Shown in pieces: positions 1 through 8,642 of a DNA stretch of 64,000 bases. The DNA comes from an uncultured Elusimicrobia bacterium (GTDB taxonomy: Bacteria; Elusimicrobiota; Elusimicrobia; 2-01-FULL-59-12), in the NCBI GenBank assembly GCA_963702895.1, contig OY969767.1, positions 2,400,001 through 2,464,000 on the forward strand, in the 5' to 3' direction. The position numbers and the translations under genes were made by a program. Positions within the stretch are counted from its first letter, which is position 1; every line of letters starts with the position of its first letter. The notes beneath the pieces are model-generated. The model was not told where the DNA came from and searched no databases. It saw nothing but the letters and a program-made list of their open reading frames with translations.

Positions 1-3000
1 GGCCCTGTCTTCATTGAGCCCGCCCCGCTTTTCATTGGCCAAAGTATAAACAGGGAGATCGCGGCGACTGTCCGACTCCTGACTCGCCGGAGTGTGACCC
101 AACGTCGCGTTCGTTGGCGATGCGGTGTCGGGCTCCGTTGTGTCAGGCACCGATGGTCGTTGTAAGATTCTAAGCCGCACGAGAAGGGAAGTGACCAGGG
201 CGCCAAGCCCCCCAACCATGCTTTGGCTAACCTCCGCTGAACGAATCCCATGAAGCGGAAGCGATGGATCGGCCAGGTTGAGGTACGCACCGGCCCCATA
301 GAGGAGGCCCGCGGCGACCGCCGCTATGAGAATGACCGGGAGCGCGCGACCCAGGCTCCCAAGGAGGGATCCCGGCTCCTTTGCGCCTGGGGTGTCTGGC
401 ACAGCAGGTGCCCTACGTTGCTCCGTTGTGTCAGGCACCGATGCTTTTGCTGTTTTGTCAGACACCGATGCATTTGCTTGAGAAGGAACTCCGATAAGTG
501 AAATGTCCAGACCCTCAGTGAGATCAGTTAGAGTCAGGCGGCTTTGTGCTTTTAGATATTCCATTCTCGCTGGCGTGGGCATATGCGGATCCCGCGGCCC
601 TGAATTAAAACGCTTCTTGCCGCGATATAGTACCTGCAGGTCTGGCAACTGACTCCTTGGTGCGGATGCAGCTTGTGGAGGTCGGCTTTCAATGTAACGC
701 TCCCACACATCGGGCAGATGTTCCAAATCCTGCATGCTGAATCCCGGCTGCATCACGCGAACCATCAAGAGCCCAAATTGATCGGCATATTTTTCGTCTT
801 GAGCGCGTTCGAAATAGTCGGTCCATTCATGCACGTACGCGAATTGGCGGGGATCGGTTCTCCGAGCAAAAACTTCCGGGGCCTCAAACACATGCCCCAT
901 TTCATGCGCAAGACTCCAGATCAACTGAGCCGGAGAAAGAGTGTGGGCGAGAGTCGGGTCGATGAGAATAATCCCGGTCTTATCGGTCGTCAGGGCAAGG
1001 CCTGAGCCTCCCGAAGGGTGTACTAGGAACGCGGCTTTCCGGATGGCGTGCCGTTGCGCTGGGCCCATCTCGACATGACGCAGGATCGTCTTCTTTAAAT
1101 CGTGGAACGTCTTGTATTCCCGTCGATAAAGGATGCGTTGATCGTAAAAAGAGTGTCCGGCCGCCGCGCACAAGGTGACCAGCGTGTCGAGGAGGAGCTT
1201 GATCGGTTGAGACAGCAGCGGGGAAATGAAAACGGGAAGGCTGTACGCGGTGAGAACGGCCAATTGCTTGACGAAAGCCAGCGGGGTGAGTTCGGCAACG
1301 CGTTCCCCGGGCGGGGCCCGGAGCTGACGGATGAGCACAATGCCCATCGGTACCCAATGCACCAGGCCGAAGAGGACCGGGATCCAGCCAAGGACAGGCA
1401 TCAGGACCCCGGCCAGCAGTCCCGTTGCGCCCAGGACGACGCGCTCGGCTTTATACCCGATCCAGCGGTTTTGCGCCCAGCGCAAAGCCACGGCCCGATC
1501 CTTTCCCATAGCCAGTGCCATCCAATACGCCAGGGAAGCCGGAGCCCCTTTCGACGGAGTGCCATCCGACACCGATCCACCGGTGCCTGGCATTGAAAAT
1601 GCACCAGGTTGCTGCGTTGTGACAGGCACCGGCGTATTTTGCTCGCCCGTCTCGAGCAAGTGGAGGACCCTTTTTGCCGCTGCAATCTCGCCCGCACTAG
1701 CCGAGGATGGCTTCCCCGGGGACGAAAAGCGGCGCTCCAGCGCGGCGCCCAGCCGGGGATCGATGGTCCGTCCGCGCGCGATCAGCGATAACAATTCGTC
1801 TTCCGATACACCAGTTCCCAAATAGAGCCCATCGGCTAATTTGCGGCCAAACAAGCCTTGATCACTACGGATGAAGGGCTTGGTAATGCGAACCAGCTCC
1901 TCTTCCACATCGGGCGGCAATTCTTCAAAAAGGTAGATGGTGACGGGATCGTGCCGATCCATCCAATTGTCGAACCTCGCAGGATATTTCACCGTGACTT
2001 CGATAGAAGCTTCCACAAGATAATGATCGAGCGCTGCCACCAACTCTGGCGAAGCGTGAGCATTGATGGATATCGTGGCGATCGGCCTTTTGCCCGCAAG
2101 ACTCTTTGTTGTCAACAGCCATTCTGGAATATGGGCATGCCAATGGGGAAGCATGCCGTCGTGGAAGACCATCCCCTCGGCCGATTGAGCGGTTCGTTCC
2201 ACGACAGAGGCATCATCCTCAGTCGTTGGGGTATAAGCGCCACGCCGTATTTCTTGATAGGTGCCTTCGATCAGAGTCGTATACGGGTTATCAGAATCGA
2301 TGCGTCCTGATTCTGTGAGGTTCTGCTCTCCGACAACCCCGCGCAAACGGCGAACCTCACGGTCAACACGGTCTTGAAGAAGCTCTGCGGCCGGCGGGGC
2401 CTGGGCGTCATCCATAGCGGCAGGTGACTCGCCACTGGGGGAAGCGCCTATCTTGGCGGCCGCCTCGTTGAGCGATTGATCAATCTGAGCCAAGATCCGT
2501 GCCGCCTCTGCGGACCGGTCACCCGACCTGGCGCTCAGGTATTTTGCAAATTCATCGCGAAGCGTTCTTGCGGCGCGGAGGTCTTCCCCTGCTTTTTCGC
2601 GTTTTCCATCCGCCGTCTTCCGTTTCATTTCATCCTTCAGGGCCGCGAAAGCTTCCTGGATATTGCTCTCGAACAACCGGACGATGTTTAGCTCTTTCTT
2701 TCTCACGTAAAAGGTGTCTTCCTCCGTGGCGACATTCAGGGCGATCAAGGAATACCGTATTCTGGATAGGTTCAGTATCCAAGGCTTGAAATAACACAAG
2801 AGCTGAGCCAACTCATTTCGAAGCTCATCCAGCCGCAGTGCGTCTATCTGTGCCTCTGGTACACCGCTCTTTACCTGAACGAATTCATCATATTGGCCTC
2901 TCCAGCGCTGCAATTCGTCATCGAGGTCTTTGATCTTAGCCGCTATCTCCTGGGGTGTTAACGAATCCCTATCAACATTCACCGGACCCAGATCGCCGGC

Positions 3001-6000
3001 TTCGCGTGCCGCTTGTAATAGAACCTCTATGCTTTGATGGGCCTTGCCCAGGGCTTCATGCTGATGTTGAGCCGTGTCAGGGGTCGAAGCCGCAGAGGCA
3101 GGGGTCGGCCGGGCCGCAGGTTGAACGGAGCGGGGAGCTGGCGGAACGATTGGGGAAGAGGGGCGTTGAGTTCCCGGCGGAAGCGCAGGGACGGGCGCCG
3201 GCACGGCGACGGGCGGACTCGCGGCGGCTGCGGCCATAGCGCCTTCGACCAATTCGGCGGTAGGTCCAGCCAATCCTCCCTCCGCGGCCATGACCGCCTC
3301 TTCCACCACCTTCTTGGCGGCGGCAGCCGGTTCAGCGGTGGGCACGGCGGCGATGGGCGCAACCGATGGGGCCGCGGCTGGCGTCGCCGCCGGAGGCACT
3401 ACCGGGATTGGTGTTGCGGTAGGAGCCGGTGTCGGTTCAGGCGCCATCCGGCCAATGACCGTGTGATTCTCTCTTAGAACGAGTGACATCCGAGGAGTGG
3501 TGGTAATCAATCTGTACTGGTTGGCTTGAATGACATTGTTCGCCGTAGAAAGCGACTGGTCGACACCGAGAATGTTGTCCGTCATGAAGAATTGAAAAGA
3601 CTCACCGGCAGGGAGAGGAACAGAGAAACGATAGCCCCGTGTTCCTCCGGCTAAGAAATGGTACTCGCTCTCAACCGGTTTGGCATCCTTCGTGTCCCAG
3701 CGGGCTTCAGGTTTGATTTCCTCAATCGTCCTGTCTTGACGAACGATGTAGAAGTGATACGCGCTGGACGTCGGCGCAGGCGCATTGATGTAGAAGGACA
3801 CCGGCTTCGGTGTGGGGGTCTGAGATGGTGCCGCTGGAGCAACTGGCACCGGAGCCGTTCCAGCCTTTGCGTCAGGCGGCCTTCCAGTAGGTTCTTGTGC
3901 GAAAGCCTCGAGAGGGTCGTCTTCTGTCGGCTCTTCTCTCGCAGGGCGGGCCGAGGCGGCACCGTCGGCAAGCGTTATTGTCGCCGCCGGCTTTTCAGGC
4001 ACAGCTCCCGGCGCGAATTGCTCGAGAGGATTTGTCATCTCTCTCTCACGGCCGGCAGCGGCGTCAGCTACGGCAGGCGCGGTGGCCAGGGGAGGGGTGG
4101 CTGTTTCTCCTTCCGCTGTCGATGCCCTGGCCGCGCGCCGTGACCAGAGGCGATACCCCACATAGACCGTGATCAGCGCCAGCCCAACGAGGACAGCTCC
4201 GGCGAGGTAGGGATGATTGAAGATAGACAAGAGCATCTCCTGCCATAGAGAGATGTCGACCGCGGGCGGAGCGGGGATCGCTCCGGGCTGAACCACGCCC
4301 GAGAGTTCGGGGAGTGTCGGCAGGGCCGCCGTCATGGCATCGGGATGAAGCTTGAGAAATTCGGCCTGGACGGCCGCCGGCAGGCTGCTCAGGTCGATGA
4401 CGCTTCCCGCCTGGAGGCTGCCGGGAGCGACCTGCTCGTAGGCCTTTTGGATCGCAGACCAATCCATTTCCCCCTGAAACAGGCCAGCCTGCTTCATCGA
4501 CTTCAGGATTTCGAGGCCAATCTGCCCGGGGGTGTTCTGCGCCGGGTTGGCGGCGCTCCATGTTCCGACGTTGTAAAAAAGACGAGACGCTGTTCCGGCC
4601 ACCTGGACGACATGGGGAGCGACATAAGGCGCGGGCGCCGCCCCAGCGGGTCCCGCAAAGAACAAACCTAGCCCCGCGATCACCGCACTGGCGCTACCCC
4701 AACGGAGTATTCGGCTAATGGTCTGTGGACTTCTGTCTCTACCGATGGCCGAGGCGACTGCCACAGCAGATGTGTCTGGTTGCTTCGTTGTGTCAGACAC
4801 CGATGCTTTGGACACCGATGCTTTGGATAAAACGTCTTCCGCCAAGGCTTTGACTTGCTCTCTTCGGAAGGATGGAACATAGTTAAGTCTTTGGAGAATG
4901 TCCTCACGGGAAAGGCCCTGCCGGTGCCATCTCCGAACAACAAATTGGATGAAGCTCTTCGGCGCGATCCCAAATCCGACGGCCAGAGCCGTGCTCTCGT
5001 GCTTGAAGAAGTGGAGCCCCGCCAGCCAGGTCTTGAGCCGGGAGTCTTCGCCGCCGAGCTGGTCGGCTGCTTCAGCGATCTCCTGCGTCGTGAGCGCCTG
5101 GCCGTTTAAACGCTTGATATAGAGCGCGTGGTCGGCTTCGGTGAGCCGGTCGACCGCGGGCGTGATGACCACATAGCTCACGTTTTTCTCGCGCAGCATT
5201 TGCGTGATGGGAGAGGTGTGGAAGCCGCCGGTCACCAACACAGCAGTATCGGGGTATCGGAGTAACGGGGTATCGGGGTATCGGGGTATCGGAGTAACGG
5301 GGTTACGACTCTGACGTGACTCCGGCACTCCGGTACTCCGATACTCCGATACGGACGGAGACCCGAGCAACGCGAGGGTATGGTCCACCATCGGCCGGTT
5401 GCGCACCATCGCCATGGCATAGTAGTCGATGCTGCTTGATATGAGCTCGCGCAGTTGAGAGTTCCTGGTTTCTAGTTCCTTGTTCCTGGTTTGTGAAGGC
5501 GGGCCCGAACCAGAAACCAGGAACCCGGAACCAGGAACTGGCTTTAGCAGCGCGTCTGCTAAAGCCACAAACTGATTGAGGCGCGGCCCGAAGGTCCGGA
5601 CTTCCTTCTCAGTGGCGCGCAGGTCGGCGACTTTCACCAGCAGCTGCAGATCGTGTTCGACTTGGACTAAGTCAGAGACGAGCGATGAGGGACGAGGGAC
5701 GAGTGAAGAGGGACGGCTGGATGACGCGGCGACAGGGGCAACGGCTGACGCGGCAACGCGGGGACGCGGGGACGCGGGGGACGGCTGACGCGGCGACGCG
5801 GCGACAGGGGCAACGGCTGACGCGGCGACGCGGGGACGCGGTGAACCGTTCTCCGTGTCTGCGCGTCTGCGCGTCTGCGCGTCGGCCTCTTTGCGGGCGA
5901 TTTCCATCTTGATCATGTACGCGACGGAGGCGATATTGTCATAGAGCGCGTCGCTCTTCGACTTGCGCAGGCCGCTGATGTCGAGGTCGAGGTCCTTGGC

Positions 6001-6897
6001 CTCGCTTTCCAGCACGGACAGAATCCGGGCCATGCTCAGGCGCCCCTTCTCAAACTGCTCAAGCCGCCGCTCGAAGATCTTCAGGCGCCGGGAATAGGTC
6101 TTGCGCTTGAGTTCCGTTAAATCGCTTTGCATCCCCCGCAAGAGGCTCACATACCGATCGCGCTCGGCCCAAGTCTTCCGGAAGAGTTCCCGGTGAAGCT
6201 CGTAGTACGTTCCGTCTTCCACCCCCATGAGGGCGTCCGGCAGGCCGCGCATCACGGCAAAATATTCGGCGCCGGTCAGTTCCCCCTGCTTCATCAGGTA
6301 ATCCGCGGCGGCCTGCTTGATTTTCTTGTCCGGGAAAAGGGCCATGACGGAGGAGTCGATGGGACCTTGCGCTCCCTCTACCGCTAACGCGAACGGGAGC
6401 GCTGAAGTATCGGGGTATCGGGGTGTCGGGGTAACGGCAGTATCGGAGTATCGGTGTATCGGTGTATCGGTGTAACGACCTGTGTGCGACTTCGTTACTC
6501 CGTTACTCCGATACTCCGATACTCCGGTACTGATTTTTGGCAGCTTTTCCGCCAAAAATCCAAGGATTCCCGCAATATTTTTTTGCACACCGTAATGAGC
6601 GTGGAGGTCCTGGATGAGGATGACCAGGGGCCGTATCGGGGTGTCGGGGTAACGGGGTGTCGGGGTAACATCTTGCCGTGACGCCGATACACCGTTACTC
6701 CGATACTCCGTTACTGGCGCTACCCAATGGTCGACCAAGTACCCAAGCTTTGCCGGAGGCGCAAGCCGCACGCCGAGCGGCCGCTCCGGGAGCCCCGAAG
6801 CGATCTCGGCGGTGGCGCTGGAAGTCGCGACAAGAGCCAGGCATAAAGCGGTCGCCAGGCTCTGCCGAAAGAATCGCAAGAGAGTTAATGTTTTCAT
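1..6897 (-). CDS. Giant secreted/membrane multi-module protein, >=2299 aa, truncated by the left window edge
   Basis: ATG at 6897 begins MKTLTLLRFFRQSLATALCLALVATSSATA (signal peptide). The track lists no ORF in this minus frame, as expected if it has no stop before position 1, and the stretches I translated had no stop. N-terminal domain motifs: VILIQDLH, ALAVEGA, GELTGAEY, MGVED, VRNRPM, VTGGFHT..SYVVITP. Later parts include TM segments, Pro/Ala linkers and AHEMGHV (889-909). Confidence 0.88.
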   Translation of the reverse strand, partial: MKTLTLLRFFRQSLATALCLALVATSSATAEIASGLPERPLGVRLAPPAKLGYLVDHWVAPVTEYRSNGVSASRQDVTPTPRYPDTPIRPLVILIQDLHAHYGVQKNIAGILGFLAEKLPKISTGVSEYRSNGVTKSHTGRYTDTPIHRYSDTAVTPTPRYPDTSALPFALAVEGAQGPIDSSVMALFPDKKIKQAAADYLMKQGELTGAEYFAVMRGLPDALMGVEDGTYYELHRELFRKTWAERDRYVSLLRGMQSDLTELKRKTYSRRLKIFERRLEQFEKGRLSMARILSVLESEAKDLDLDISGLRKSKSDALYDNIASVAYMIKMEIARKEADAQTRRRADTENGSPRPRVAASAVAPVAASPRQPSPASPRPRVAASAVAPVAASSSRPSSLVPRPSSLVSDLVQVEHDLQLLVKVADLRATEKEVRTFGPRLNQFVALADALLKPVPGSGFLVSGSGPPSQTRNKELETRNSQLRELISSSIDYYAMAMVRNRPMVDHTLALLGSPSVSEYRSTGVPESRQSRNPVTPIPRYPDTPLLRYPDTAVLVTGGFHTSPITQMLREKNVSYVVITPAVDRLTEADHALYIKRLNGQALTTQEIAEAADQLGGEDSRLKTWLAGLHFFKHESTALAVGFGIAPKSFIQFVVRRWHRQGLSREDILQRLNYVPSFRREQVKALAEDVLSKASVSKASVSDTTKQPDTSAVAVASAIGRDRSPQTISRILRWGSASAVIAGLGLFFAGPAGAAPAPYVAPHVVQVAGTASRLFYNVGTWSAANPAQNTPGQIGLEILKSMKQAGLFQGEMDWSAIQKAYEQVAPGSLQAGSVIDLSSLPAAVQAEFLKLHPDAMTAALPTLPELSGVVQPGAIPAPPAVDISLWQEMLLSIFNHPYLAGAVLVGLALITVYVGYRLWSRRAARASTAEGETATPPLATAPAVADAAAGREREMTNPLEQFAPGAVPEKPAATITLADGAASARPAREEPTEDDPLEAFAQEPTGRPPDAKAGTAPVPVAPAAPSQTPTPKPVSFYINAPAPTSSAYHFYIVRQDRTIEEIKPEARWDTKDAKPVESEYHFLAGGTRGYRFSVPLPAGESFQFFMTDNILGVDQSLSTANNVIQANQYRLITTTPRMSLVLRENHTVIGRMAPEPTPAPTATPIPVVPPAATPAAAPSVAPIAAVPTAEPAAAAKKVVEEAVMAAEGGLAGPTAELVEGAMAAAAASPPVAVPAPVPALPPGTQRPSSPIVPPAPRSVQPAARPTPASAASTPDTAQHQHEALGKAHQSIEVLLQAAREAGDLGPVNVDRDSLTPQEIAAKIKDLDDELQRWRGQYDEFVQVKSGVPEAQIDALRLDELRNELAQLLCYFKPWILNLSRIRYSLIALNVATEEDTFYVRKKELNIVRLFESNIQEAFAALKDEMKRKTADGKREKAGEDLRAARTLRDEFAKYLSARSGDRSAEAARILAQIDQSLNEAAAKIGASPSGESPAAMDDAQAPPAAELLQDRVDREVRRLRGVVGEQNLTESGRIDSDNPYTTLIEGTYQEIRRGAYTPTTEDDASVVERTAQSAEGMVFHDGMLPHWHAHIPEWLLTTKSLAGKRPIATISINAHASPELVAALDHYLVEASIEVTVKYPARFDNWMDRHDPVTIYLFEELPPDVEEELVRITKPFIRSDQGLFGRKLADGLYLGTGVSEDELLSLIARGRTIDPRLGAALERRFSSPGKPSSASAGEIAAAKRVLHLLETGEQNTPVPVTTQQPGAFSMPGTGGSVSDGTPSKGAPASLAYWMALAMGKDRAVALRWAQNRWIGYKAERVVLGATGLLAGVLMPVLGWIPVLFGLVHWVPMGIVLIRQLRAPPGERVAELTPLAFVKQLAVLTAYSLPVFISPLLSQPIKLLLDTLVTLCAAAGHSFYDQRILYRREYKTFHDLKKTILRHVEMGPAQRHAIRKAAFLVHPSGGSGLALTTDKTGIILIDPTLAHTLSPAQLIWSLAHEMGHVFEAPEVFARRTDPRQFAYVHEWTDYFERAQDEKYADQFGLLMVRVMQPGFSMQDLEHLPDVWERYIESRPPQAASAPRSQLPDLQVLYRGKKRFNSGPRDPHMPTPARMEYLKAQSRLTLTDLTEGLDISLIGVPSQANASVSDKTAKASVPDTTEQRRAPAVPDTPGAKEPGSLLGSLGRALPVILIAAVAAGLLYGAGAYLNLADPSLPLHGIRSAEVSQSMVGGLGALVTSLLVRLRILQRPSVPDTTEPDTASPTNATLGHTPASQESDSRRDLPVYTLANEKRGGLNEDRA
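5246..5352. repeat. In-frame fold-back octamer repeat (GG(G/A)GTATC-type units, then the reverse complement)
   Basis: gtatcggggtatcggagtaacggggtatc... followed by ...actccggtactccgatactccgatac. Confidence 0.9.
5460..5539. repeat. In-frame fold-back heptamer repeat (GTTCCTG units / CAGGAAC units)
   Basis: agttcctggtttctagttccttgttcctgg ... ccagaaaccaggaacccggaaccaggaact. Confidence 0.85.
5675..5884. repeat. In-frame GAGGGAC heptamer run, then a GACGCGG(C/G) octamer fold-back repeat
   Basis: gagggacgagggacgag... (5675-5715); gacgcggcgacgcggggacgcgg ... tctgcgcgtctgcgcgtc (5722-5884). Confidence 0.85.
6407..6530. repeat. In-frame fold-back octamer repeat
   Basis: gtatcggggtatcggggtgtcgg...gtatcggtgtaacg / cgttactccgttactccgatactccgatactccggtac. 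Confidence 0.9.
6633..6714. repeat. In-frame fold-back octamer repeat
   Basis: gtatcggggtgtcggggtaacggggtgtcggggtaac / gatacaccgttactccgatactccgttac. Confidence 0.9.
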
Positions 6898-7227
6898 CGG
6901 AAAACTGGGAAGGATTCCCTCCCTATTTCACGCTGGAATAAGTCTACGGGATGGGCATTACGGGCAAGTTACCGAATTGTTAATTTTGTGTAAAGATTCG
7001 ACCTATTTTTTCGCGCCAAAAGGGTAGTGTTGGGGGGCCGCTTGGGTCCAGATTTGTGGGCCTGTCATCGAAATGTTCCGCGCGTTATTTCACAGAAGCT
7101 AAGCGCCACGAGATGTCCTGTCTTTCCGCGAGTTTCATTCATCCATCGGTGCATTTTCTCTCCAGATCAATCCAAAATCGCATATTGCATATATTTTGTA
7201 TATTAAATTAGATGTGTTATTAATAGC

Positions 7228-7256
7228 TTGATATATAGAGTTACTGATTCTATAAT
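7228..7256 (+). promoter_or_regulatory. Sigma70-type promoter, probably giving a leaderless mRNA
   Basis: TTGATA-N17-TATAAT in an AT-rich patch; ATG follows 7 nt after the -10. Confidence 0.7.
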
Positions 7257-7263
7257 ACGACCA

Positions 7264-8439
7264 ATGCTGAAAAGAGATTGTTTGAATGAATTCAAGAGGA
7301 AGCTGGAAGGCTTTCCGATCGTGACCGTCTTGGGCCCCCGCCAATGCGGGAAGACGACTTTCGTGCGTTCTGCTCTGCCGGATTGGACCTATCTTGATTT
7401 AGAAAAGACTTCCGATGTGACGCCTTTCTTAGCGGACCCCGAACACCACCTCAAGCGCGTTGGAAAGCGCGTGATCCTGGATGAGGCGCAGCAGGTCCCC
7501 GCGCTCTTTCCCCTCTTGCGCAGCCTGGTCGACACGAGCCGCTCAGAAAACGGACAGTTTATTCTCCTGGGGTCTGCCTCGCCCTCTTTGATCCGGCGGA
7601 TCTCCGAAAGCCTGGCGGGCCGAAGCGCGTTTGTGGAGATGACACCTTTTCATTGGTCAGAGGTTCAGCCTCAGACGCCTTCCGTGACCCTTGAGGACTT
7701 GTGGTTTCGCGGGGGATTCCCCGACGCGTTCCTGAGCGCAAGCGACCTCCAGCGTTTAGACTGGATGGAAGCTTACACCAAGACCTACATTGAAAGAGAC
7801 CTGGCGGCCATCGGCATCGATGTCTCCGCGGCACTCATGCGAAAATTCTGGACGCTTTTGGCGCACCATCACAAGGGCCTCTGGAACGCTTCGGAGCTTG
7901 CCGGAGCTTTGGGCATTAATTATCACACCGCGAACCGCTATGCCGACATTCTGGAGCAGACCTTTTTGATACGTAAACTTCCTCCCTACTATGCCAACAT
8001 CGGCAAACGTCTGGTGAAGAGGCCCAAGGTCTATTTCCGGGACACGGGTCTTCTGCATTATTTCCTGGGAATACGGCACAAGGAGGTCCTGGAGACCCAC
8101 CCGGCGCAGGGCGCCAGCTGGGAAGGTTTCATTGTGGAGCAACTCCTCACAGCCTACGCCCGGCAAACGCCGGGCAGCCAAGCCTATTTCTGGAGAACCG
8201 CCGCCGGGGCGGAAGTCGATCTCCTGATGGAAGTCTCCGGACGTCTTATTCCCTACGAGATCAAGCGGCACTCCTCTCCGCAGCGGCATGATGTGCGCGG
8301 CCTGGTGGCATGCCTCCAAGACTTGAAACTTCCACGAGGCTATGTGGTCTACCCGGGGAGCAAAACGTACTCCATGGGAATGGGGCTTTCCGCCGTGCCG
8401 GCCGAAAGCCTCTTGAGAGGCGAGCTGCCGCTTGAGTGA
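7264..8439 (+). CDS. AAA+ ATPase, AAA_14/DUF4143 family
   Basis: GPRQCGKT Walker A, ILDEAQ Walker B, GSA, ESLAGR, RGGFP, PKVYFRDTGL, EVDL..EIK C-terminal motif; start placed at MLKRD. Confidence 0.9.
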   Translation: MLKRDCLNEFKRKLEGFPIVTVLGPRQCGKTTFVRSALPDWTYLDLEKTSDVTPFLADPEHHLKRVGKRVILDEAQQVPALFPLLRSLVDTSRSENGQFILLGSASPSLIRRISESLAGRSAFVEMTPFHWSEVQPQTPSVTLEDLWFRGGFPDAFLSASDLQRLDWMEAYTKTYIERDLAAIGIDVSAALMRKFWTLLAHHHKGLWNASELAGALGINYHTANRYADILEQTFLIRKLPPYYANIGKRLVKRPKVYFRDTGLLHYFLGIRHKEVLETHPAQGASWEGFIVEQLLTAYARQTPGSQAYFWRTAAGAEVDLLMEVSGRLIPYEIKRHSSPQRHDVRGLVACLQDLKLPRGYVVYPGSKTYSMGMGLSAVPAESLLRGELPLE

Positions 8440-8496
8440 ACGATCGAGGGCGGCGACAGAGCATTATCGAGCATCGGCCATGCCGGCCAATGTTAG

Positions 8497-8642
8497 CCCG
8501 AAATCTTCCATTGACCAGGTCCTGCCGTCTGAACCTGCCGCACTTTTTTGTGCCGTCACCCCGGCGAAAGCCGGGGTCCAGTTCAACGACGATGGACTGG
8601 ATCCCGGTTTTCACCGGGATGACGACAACTGCAGATTCCCGG
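8497..8642. mobile_element. 146-bp MITE (ends CCCGAAA...TTCCCGG) with TTAG target duplication, enclosing a cloverleaf palindrome
   Basis: TTAG at 8493-8496 and 8643-8646; internal GTCACCCCGGC...GGGATGAC at 8555-8623; aligns in reverse orientation with the 27251 element. Confidence 0.75.

Noticed and set aside
1..6897. Diversity-generating retroelement acting on the giant gene
   Set aside because: No reverse transcriptase and no template/variable repeat pair differing at adenines were seen.
250..6941. Many short ORFs listed on both strands
   Set aside because: They are shadows of the single long minus-strand frame starting at 6897 and have no recognisable motifs.
6898..7130. Riboswitch or sigma54 promoter upstream of the giant gene
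   Set aside because: TGGCGC hexamers are present but lack the -12 TTGC element, and I could not recognise any riboswitch consensus.
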